Shown here piece by piece: positions 45,678-52,757 of a stretch of 64,000 nucleotides of DNA. The notes below the pieces were generated by a model, which saw only the letters and a list, made by a program, of their open reading frames with translations, had not been told where the DNA came from and ran no database searches. Within the stretch, counting starts at the first letter, position 1. Each line of letters opens with the position of its first letter. Source of the DNA: an uncultured cyanobacterium (GTDB lineage Bacteria > Cyanobacteriota > Cyanobacteriia > PCC-6307 > Cyanobiaceae); the NCBI GenBank assembly GCA_963697335.1, contig CAVONQ010000011.1, forward strand, positions 32,001-96,000, in the 5' to 3' direction. The translations under genes and the position numbers were made by a program.

Positions 45678-46865
45678 GTGTCCCTGTCTCCCCCCCAGCT
45701 CCTGATTCAGCGGGAAGTCCACCCCGGCGAGGCGCGGGTGGCCGCGACTCCCGAAACCGTGCAGCGACTCAGCGCCAAGGGCCTGAGCATTGCCGTGGAG
45801 GCCGGGGCGGGGGAGGCCTCCGGCTACGGCGATCAGGCCTATGCCGCCGCCGGCGCCGCACTCCTGGCCGGTGACAGCCCCAGCTGGGAGCACCTCGATG
45901 GGGTGCTGTGCGTGCAGCCCCCTGCGCAGGAGCGCCTGGAGCAGCTGCGCCCCGGTGCCCTGCTGGTGGGCCTGCTGGCCCCCTACGGCGCCGATGCCCT
46001 GGTGGGAGCCCTCAACCGCCGTCAGGTGTCGGCCCTGGCCCTGGAGCTGTTGCCCCGCACCAGCCGCGCCCAGACCATGGACGTGCTCTCCTCCCAGGCC
46101 AACATCGCCGGCTACAAGGCGGTGCTGCTGGCGGCGGCGGCCCTCGATCGCTATGTGCCGATGCTGATGACGGCCGCCGGCACGATCCAGCCGGCCCGCA
46201 CCCTGATCCTCGGCGCCGGCGTGGCGGGCCTCCAGGCCCTGGCCACGGCCCGTCGCCTCGGTTCGGTGGTGTATGTGAGTGACGTGCGCGCCGCCGCCCG
46301 CGAGCAGGTGGAGTCCCTGGGGGGACGCTTCGTGGCACCGCCCGAGCGGGACGAGGCCCCGGGCGAGGCCGGCGGCTATGCCAAGGCGGCCAGCGAGGCC
46401 TTCCTGGCCGCCCAGCGCCAGCAGCTGGAAGAGCAGCTCGCCCAGGCCGACATGGTGATCTGCACGGCCCAGGTGCCCGGCCGGCCGGCGCCGCGGCTGA
46501 TCAGCGAGGCGATGCTGGATCGGCTGCGCCCCGGGGCGGTGGTGGTGGACCTGGCCGTGGGCCAGGGCGGCAACTGCGCCTGCACCGTGCCCGGCCAGAC
46601 CGTGCTGCGCCACGGCGTGCAGCTGATCGGCGCCGACGCCCTGCCGAGCAGCGTGCCCAACCACGCCAGCGCCCTCTATGCCCGCAACGTGGCGTCCCTG
46701 CTGGAGCACCTGCTCAGCCTGAACCCGCCGCCCGGCGCCAGCTTCGGGTTTGATCGGGAGGATCCGATCGTGGCGGGCTGCCTGATCACCCATGGGGGCC
46801 GCTGCTGGCGCCCCGATGTGGTGGGCGTGGCCGCCGATGAACCCCAGCTGGCGGGGGTGGCCTGA
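45678..46865 (+). CDS. pntA: NAD(P) transhydrogenase alpha subunit, NAD-binding part
   Basis: RVAATPE, PRTSRAQ.MDVLSSQ, GAGVAGLQA, GGYAK, GGNC; start approximate. Confidence 0.95.
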   Translation: MSLSPPQLLIQREVHPGEARVAATPETVQRLSAKGLSIAVEAGAGEASGYGDQAYAAAGAALLAGDSPSWEHLDGVLCVQPPAQERLEQLRPGALLVGLLAPYGADALVGALNRRQVSALALELLPRTSRAQTMDVLSSQANIAGYKAVLLAAAALDRYVPMLMTAAGTIQPARTLILGAGVAGLQALATARRLGSVVYVSDVRAAAREQVESLGGRFVAPPERDEAPGEAGGYAKAASEAFLAAQRQQLEEQLAQADMVICTAQVPGRPAPRLISEAMLDRLRPGAVVVDLAVGQGGNCACTVPGQTVLRHGVQLIGADALPSSVPNHASALYARNVASLLEHLLSLNPPPGASFGFDREDPIVAGCLITHGGRCWRPDVVGVAADEPQLAGVA

Positions 46866-47152
46866 TGGGCAGCCTCTCCGAATCGCTCTGGGTGCTGCTG
46901 CTCGGCAGCCTGCTGGGGCTGGAACTGATCGGCAAGGTGCCCCCCACCCTGCACACCCCCCTGATGAGCGGTGCCAACGCCATCAGCGGCATCACCGTGC
47001 TGGCCTCGCTCACCCTGATTGCCCAGGCCGGGGATGCCCCGGTGCTGCTGTTGCTGGGCTCCCTCTCCCTGGGCTTCGCCCTGTTCAACGTGGTGGGCGG
47101 CTTCCTGGTGACCGATCGCATGCTGGCGATGTTCGCCCGCAAACCGCGCTGA
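46865..47152 (+). CDS. pntA: NAD(P) transhydrogenase alpha subunit, membrane part
   Basis: VPPTLHTPLMSGANAISGI, NVVGGF.VTDRML.MF. Confidence 0.95.
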   Translation: MGSLSESLWVLLLGSLLGLELIGKVPPTLHTPLMSGANAISGITVLASLTLIAQAGDAPVLLLLGSLSLGFALFNVVGGFLVTDRMLAMFARKPR

Positions 47153-47183
47153 ACCGCCTCCCTTTCTCCCCCGCCCGAACCTG

Positions 47184-48611
47184 ATGGACACCCTGAGCGC
47201 CGCGTTTCCCGTGGTGATCGACCTGGCGGCCGTGCTGCTGCTCGCCCTGGGCCTCAAGGGCCTCTCCAAGGTGCGCTCGGCCCGCTCCGCCAACGGCCTG
47301 GCGGCCCTGGCCATGGGCCTGGCGGTGGCCGGGCTGCTGATCCAGCTGCGGCCGGCGCCGATCGCCTGGGCCGGCATCGGCGCCGGCGCCGCGGTGGGTG
47401 GCCTGGCCGGGCTGATCACCGCCCGCCGGGTGCCGATGACGGCCATGCCCGAAATGGTGGCCCTGTTCAACGGCTGCGGTGGCCTCTCCTCGCTGCTGGT
47501 GGCCGTGGGGGTGGCCCTGTTCCGGGCCGATGCCTCCAACCTGGTGTCCCAGGTGTCGATCGCCATCTCGGTGGTGGTGGGCGCGATCACCTTCAGCGGC
47601 TCGATCGTGGCGATGGCCAAGCTGCAGGGCTGGCTCGACACGCCGGCCTGGACCCAGAGCGGCCTGCGCCATGGCGTCAACATCGCCCTGGCGGCGGTGG
47701 CCCTGGGGGCGGCGGTGCTCCTGAGCAGCTCCGGCGGCCCCACGCTGCTGGCGGTGCTGGTGACCAGCTCCTGCCTGCTCGGCATCGGCCTCACCCTGCC
47801 GATCGGCGGCGCCGACATGCCGGTGGTGATCTCGCTGCTGAACAGCTACTCGGGCGTGGCGGCGGCGGCGGCGGGCTTCGTGGTGGGCAGCCAGCTGCTG
47901 ATCGTGGCCGGCGCCATGGTGGGCTCGGCCGGCCTGATCCTCACCCAGGTGATGTGCACGGCGATGAACCGCTCCCTGGTGAGCGTGCTGTTCGGCGGTG
48001 CCCTGGGCGTGGCGCCCAAGGTGGGCGGTGGTGGCAGCGAGGCCGGCTACACCCGCATCACCAGCTGCAGCCCGGAGGAGTGCGCCCTGGCCCTCGAGAA
48101 CGCCGAGCGGGTGGTGTTCGTGCCCGGCTACGGGCTGGCGGTGGCCCAGGCCCAGCACGCCCTGCGGGAGCTGGCCAAGGTGCTCGAGGCCAATGGCACC
48201 GAGGTGAGCTATGCGATTCACCCGGTGGCGGGGCGCATGCCCGGCCACATGAATGTGCTGCTGGCTGAGGCCGATGTGCCCTACGAGCAATTGCAGGAGA
48301 TGGACGCCATCAACCCCGAGTTCCCCCGCACCGACGTGGCGATCGTGCTCGGCGCCAACGACGTGGTGAACCCCGACGCCAAGACCGACCCCACCAGCCC
48401 CCTCTACGGCATGCCTGTGCTGGAGGTGGACCAGGCCCGCCAGGTGTTCGTGGTGAAGCGCAGCCTCGGCGCCGGCTACGCCGGCATTGCCAATGGCCTG
48501 TTCGAGCTGCCCCAGACGGCGATGGTGTTCGGCGACGCCAAGGTGGTGCTCAATGGCCTGCTCTCGGAGCTGCGGGAGCTGGGGGTGGGCCGGCAGAAGG
48601 TGGCGTCCTGA
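47184..48611 (+). CDS. pntB: NAD(P) transhydrogenase beta subunit
   Basis: MTAMPEMVALFN, IGGADMPVVISLLNSYSG, PGYGLAVA, HPVAGRMPGHMNVLLAE. Confidence 0.97.
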   Translation: MDTLSAAFPVVIDLAAVLLLALGLKGLSKVRSARSANGLAALAMGLAVAGLLIQLRPAPIAWAGIGAGAAVGGLAGLITARRVPMTAMPEMVALFNGCGGLSSLLVAVGVALFRADASNLVSQVSIAISVVVGAITFSGSIVAMAKLQGWLDTPAWTQSGLRHGVNIALAAVALGAAVLLSSSGGPTLLAVLVTSSCLLGIGLTLPIGGADMPVVISLLNSYSGVAAAAAGFVVGSQLLIVAGAMVGSAGLILTQVMCTAMNRSLVSVLFGGALGVAPKVGGGGSEAGYTRITSCSPEECALALENAERVVFVPGYGLAVAQAQHALRELAKVLEANGTEVSYAIHPVAGRMPGHMNVLLAEADVPYEQLQEMDAINPEFPRTDVAIVLGANDVVNPDAKTDPTSPLYGMPVLEVDQARQVFVVKRSLGAGYAGIANGLFELPQTAMVFGDAKVVLNGLLSELRELGVGRQKVAS

Positions 48612-48652
48612 GGCGGGGGAGCCAGCATGATGGCGTCAGCAGAGCAGGGTCG

Positions 48653-49816
48653 ATGACCACTGAGGCCTACCGGCGCCAGGATTGGGCCGCCGTGATCCAG
48701 GCACACGCGCTGGAGAGCCATGACCCCGGCGACTGGCTGCGCTACGGCGTGGCCCTGCTGCAGACCATCGAGCCTGGCCCTGAGCAGGGACGCCTGCAGC
48801 AGCAGGCCGCCCTGGCCTTTCTGCGGGCCGGCCAGGAGGGGGCGGCGGCGGAGCAGGTGCGGGCCTACCAGCAGCGCTCGGTGCAGCTGTCCCTGGCCCA
48901 GGCCATGGACCAGCTCGGCCTGGCCCATGAGGCGCTCTCCCCCATCCCCCAGCTGAGCGGGCCGCCGGTGTGCCTCACGGCGATCTCGCGCCGCCTGAAG
49001 ACCCTGCCCAAGGTGGTGGAGTCGCTCAAGAACCAGAGCCTGCGGCCGCGCCGGATCGAGCTCTACCTCTCCAAGGAGGCCCATCTGCTCGATCAGGGCA
49101 TCGATCCGGCCCACCCCGTGGTGCAGAAGCTGGAGCAGGATCCCGCCGTGCGGATTCACTGGGTGCCGAATCTGGGCCCTTACCGCAAGGTGGTGCCCTT
49201 CCTGGAGAGCTTCAAGGGCAAAGCCGCCACGAACGACGACCTGTTCATCACCGTGGACGACGACACCATCTACCCGCCGCGGTTCGTGGAGTACCTCACC
49301 CGCAACCACGAGCGCTACGGCTGCATCGTGGCCCATCGCGGCCGCCGCATCCGGGTGGGTGCACAGGCCGGTGATGGGTTTCTGCCCTATGACCAGTGGC
49401 ACGATGGACTGCACGAACCGCGCCTGGCCAACCTTCCCACGGGCCAGAGCGGTGTGCTTTATCGGCGAGGCTACTTTCCACAAGACCTGGAACTGGAGGC
49501 GGCCTTGGCATTGGCGCCCACCCATGACGACCTTTGGTTGCGATGGCTTACGGCTCGGGAGGGCGTACCGGCTGTGATTCTGCAGCCCAATGCTGCTGCC
49601 CGTACCGACGATCTTGCTTTCCCCACCGCGGACAAGAACTACCTCAAGCGTCGAGAAACACTTTGGCATGCATACAATTCTCCGAATGCCTCTGATGCTG
49701 ATGCGAGCAGTAATACTCCTGCAGTTCATGCGATATCCGCTTACTTTGCTAAGCGTGACTTTGACTTGACCGACATCCTGCGCAGCGAGCAAGAGGCGAA
49801 TGCGGACTTTTACTGA
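48653..49816 (+). CDS. GT-A fold (GT2-like) glycosyltransferase with an N-terminal helical domain
   Basis: LTAISRR...SLKNQS, GPYRK..P, FITVDDD.IY (DxD), PTG..GVLY, APTHDDLW. Confidence 0.8.
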   Translation: MTTEAYRRQDWAAVIQAHALESHDPGDWLRYGVALLQTIEPGPEQGRLQQQAALAFLRAGQEGAAAEQVRAYQQRSVQLSLAQAMDQLGLAHEALSPIPQLSGPPVCLTAISRRLKTLPKVVESLKNQSLRPRRIELYLSKEAHLLDQGIDPAHPVVQKLEQDPAVRIHWVPNLGPYRKVVPFLESFKGKAATNDDLFITVDDDTIYPPRFVEYLTRNHERYGCIVAHRGRRIRVGAQAGDGFLPYDQWHDGLHEPRLANLPTGQSGVLYRRGYFPQDLELEAALALAPTHDDLWLRWLTAREGVPAVILQPNAAARTDDLAFPTADKNYLKRRETLWHAYNSPNASDADASSNTPAVHAISAYFAKRDFDLTDILRSEQEANADFY

Positions 49817-49893
49817 TCAGCGCGCTGATCAAGGTTCAGCTGCTGCAGCCATTGGGACTGGGTGGTTTCCGGGCGCAACGGGTGAGCCAAGGC

Positions 49894-50643
49894 TCAGTGA
49901 ACTCTTTTGATCCACTTTTCTTTCAGGGCGGCAATGGAGTCACCATAAAAGTGTTGAACATATTGTGATGAATAAACGCTATCCAGCTCGCTTTCCGAGA
50001 AGTGGATTCTCTGCTTGAGCTGTTTGCTGATCCTGGACGTGGCCTTAAAATCTGATTCGTTTGAGATGACTAACGCTTCGACCTGAATGCCGAGAAGATC
50101 AAAGAAAGCACGTTGAAAGCAGTTGTTTAAAGACTCCATCTTCATGATGAGAATGTCATACTCTCGCTCGGAAAATACCGTATAACCTGCAGACTGATTG
50201 AAATCGTGCTGATAAACATCAACGCCAGTGTAAGGCAGGAATTCTTGCTCAAACCAGTTCAGGGTGTAGTCATAGCTGTTTTTCTCCTTGTAGATCCTGA
50301 TTAGGTCATCAAGATCAGTGGTGGCGAGCGTCTGTCCGCTCGCGAGATAATTACCGGGATTCTGGAATAGGTCAGAAATGTTCCTTCCAACGGGTTCTCG
50401 CACCAATGAAATAATTTTGATGCGCGCTTCTCCGCTTGCCTTTCTGAGTTGCTCAACCTTGTTTATTTGCTGTCGATGCCACTTGTATTTCTCGAGGCCC
50501 CGTGATCTTTCCTTGAATTTTTCGGATAAGAAATGGAGCTGAATCAGGCGTTCGTCACCATAAATATCCTTAAGAGTAGAGTAGACGGACGAGGATCCAA
50601 CTTTGCCTAATTGATAGATCAAGATGATGTCTGATTGGTTCAT
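49894..50643 (-). CDS. Sulfotransferase-fold protein (NKWYS / putative capsular polysaccharide synthesis family)
   Basis: IYQLGKVGSSSV (5'-PSB-like loop), IISLVREPVGRNIS (3'-PB-like), WFEQE, YSS.Y..HFY; low GC. Confidence 0.75.
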   Translation of the reverse strand: MNQSDIILIYQLGKVGSSSVYSTLKDIYGDERLIQLHFLSEKFKERSRGLEKYKWHRQQINKVEQLRKASGEARIKIISLVREPVGRNISDLFQNPGNYLASGQTLATTDLDDLIRIYKEKNSYDYTLNWFEQEFLPYTGVDVYQHDFNQSAGYTVFSEREYDILIMKMESLNNCFQRAFFDLLGIQVEALVISNESDFKATSRISKQLKQRIHFSESELDSVYSSQYVQHFYGDSIAALKEKWIKRVH

Positions 50644-50845
50644 GGCTAGTCTGCGGATGGAGGCAAGTGGTGACGAAGTAAGATGCGTTGCAATCTCAGG
50701 CTCCAGCGGGAATAGCCATGGTGGGCAAGGCTTGGTATGACGATTTAATCGACCGATTCTAGTTTATTGACAGCCATTGATGGCCTGGGCCGCCTCAGGA
50801 GGCGTGGTTCTGGTATAAGGGTACGGATTAATTGGTGCAAGTCCG

Positions 50846-52246
50846 TTGGCGCCTCGCAATGACTCGTTGGCTCGTCTGGAGCGTGCGCGCAAATCAGGCG
50901 ATCCCCTGCTGGTCGCCAGCACCTGCGAGGACCTGCTCCGCAATCCCCAAGCCAGAGCGCAGCACCTCAACAAGATTCGTCGTAACCATTTCAGTGCACT
51001 CTGCATCCTTGCTGATCCTGGTGCCGATGCCGCTCTGGCCGCTCTCCCCCTGCCAGAGAAGCAGGGGGCGGTGTTGGAGCGGCTCTGGCAAGCGGCCCTG
51101 CTTGCCGATAGCCGCGGCCGCTTCCGGGTGGCACGTGCCCTCTATCAGGCCATCGATGCCCTTTCCCCTGGCATGGAGTTGGTGCCGCACCGGCGTGAGG
51201 CCCTAGAGCGCAGCGAGCGGCTCGCCTATCTTCAGGGTGATCTTCGTGCAGCGGTTGCCACACGCAATCGCTTGCGTGAGTTGTTCCGAGCTGCTCCGAA
51301 GCAGGCGTGGCGCGCAAGGGCTGAGCCCTTGCGCGGGCTCCGGCTCGAGGTGAGTGCCGATCCAGAAGCTCTCGCGGCCCTGCAGAGCACCTATCAGGAG
51401 CTGCCAGACCCCCCACCCCAGCGGATCGCCCCACTGGTGCAGAGGTTTCCCGGCTCCAGCAGCGTGGCTTTCGCATTGGTCCAGGCACTGCGGAACAGCG
51501 GAGTCATCGGATCCTCTGCCCCATTCTTGCCAAGCCCGGCCGATGAAATTCCTAAACGGTTGTGGATGCTACGGCGACATCCCGGGCGAACGGATGCCTT
51601 GGAGAGGCGGGAAGCCTTTTGGCGCAAGCTTCACCCCCAATGGGAGCTGCAGTGGGTCGATCATGACCTGAACCAGGCGCAGCCTGACGCCGTGCTTCCC
51701 GAGCTGCCACAGCTTGTACGCACAGCCTGTGCCTGTGTCAACGACCCTGCCGTTCGCGGGGATCTGCTGCGGCTGGCTCTGCTCTGGCGTTATGGGGGTG
51801 TTGCTGTCGACTGGCGTACGCAACCGCTGCGTTCTCTGGCCCCCCTGGTAGACAGTGGAGTGGGTGGGGTCGTGAGCTTGGATGAGAACTCCTGCCTCTC
51901 GATCGACCTGGCTGCTGCCGTGCCGGGCCAGCCACTGATCCGTAGCATGCTCGAGCAGGCCTGCCACCTTGTGCTTCATGGACAAGGGTATGGCCGCTGG
52001 TTGCTGACGGGATCTTGCACGCTCAGCTTGTGTTTCTCTCGCTGGGCGGCTGAGGATGTCGCGACGACGGGCCTCCTGCCGGTTGGCTGGAAGGTTGTGC
52101 CAAGGCCTGAACTGCGGCGTTTCCTCTGCCTGGATCGGGGCCTGCCACGACCTCAGGGTGTGCCAGAGGATCAGCCTGTGCGGGTTTTATTCAACCATCG
52201 AGTGCGGCTAGGGGCATTACGTCGTTTAGCCGAGAAGCACTGTTAA
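50846..52246 (+). CDS. Helical N-domain fused to a GT32/Och1-like glycosyltransferase domain
   Basis: IPKRLW, W.KLHP.W, RGDLLRLALLWRYGGV.VD, A.PGQPLI, TG; start uncertain (TTG). Confidence 0.7.
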   Translation: MAPRNDSLARLERARKSGDPLLVASTCEDLLRNPQARAQHLNKIRRNHFSALCILADPGADAALAALPLPEKQGAVLERLWQAALLADSRGRFRVARALYQAIDALSPGMELVPHRREALERSERLAYLQGDLRAAVATRNRLRELFRAAPKQAWRARAEPLRGLRLEVSADPEALAALQSTYQELPDPPPQRIAPLVQRFPGSSSVAFALVQALRNSGVIGSSAPFLPSPADEIPKRLWMLRRHPGRTDALERREAFWRKLHPQWELQWVDHDLNQAQPDAVLPELPQLVRTACACVNDPAVRGDLLRLALLWRYGGVAVDWRTQPLRSLAPLVDSGVGGVVSLDENSCLSIDLAAAVPGQPLIRSMLEQACHLVLHGQGYGRWLLTGSCTLSLCFSRWAAEDVATTGLLPVGWKVVPRPELRRFLCLDRGLPRPQGVPEDQPVRVLFNHRVRLGALRRLAEKHC

Positions 52247-52285
52247 GAGTCCCTCAGGCGGCAGTCCCCGAAGCCCTGCTGCAAG

Positions 52286-52307
52286 GGGGTTGAGCGTCCT
52301 CAACCCC
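52286..52307. other. Perfect 9-bp hairpin downstream of the GT32-like gene
   Basis: ggggttgag-cgtc-ctcaacccc; no U-tract. Confidence 0.6.
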
Positions 52308-52757
52308 AACCTCGAGCGCTACCCCGCAACGACCGGTTAGGGCAATGCGATCGAGGGAAAAACGCACTGTTGCGCCAGGGCGCCGGCGCCCCCTCCTGGG
52401 TTACGGAACTGAGCTACGGCGTCGTCAGCAGGCCGCCTGCCGGCAGTGAGCACGGGTTTAGGCAAACGTAGCGCTTGATACGGCACCCCGAAGACGACGG
52501 GAGGACCGAGTGAACCCAACGTCAATCGATAATCGAACAGGGGCCGAAGCAGTGGAAGCCATGTGGGGAGAACCTCCTGTAGCCTCGCCGGGCGGGCACA
52601 TACCATAAACCCAAGCGACTGATCCCTTCCATCATGACTGCTGATGACTAATGCCCTCGACAGGCGAAGCCGTGCAACGGATATGTCAGGACTTCAAGAC
52701 CACGGCAGGTGACCACCGACTGCTTGCGGTATGCTTGCGGAAACTGACTTTGCTGTC

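Noticed and set aside
41882..47152. Fused NTR-thioredoxin and split pntA
   Set aside because: Both are known normal architectures in cyanobacteria
52455..52505. GGCAAAC...GAAG stretch reminiscent of a c-di-GMP-I riboswitch
   Set aside because: Lacks the GNRA-capped P2 stem, the GACGCAAAG junction and the tetraloop receptor; would need an Rfam hit
52337..52606. 89-aa minus-strand ORF in the Hint-gene leader
   Set aside because: No recognisable motifs or codon bias; cannot be supported
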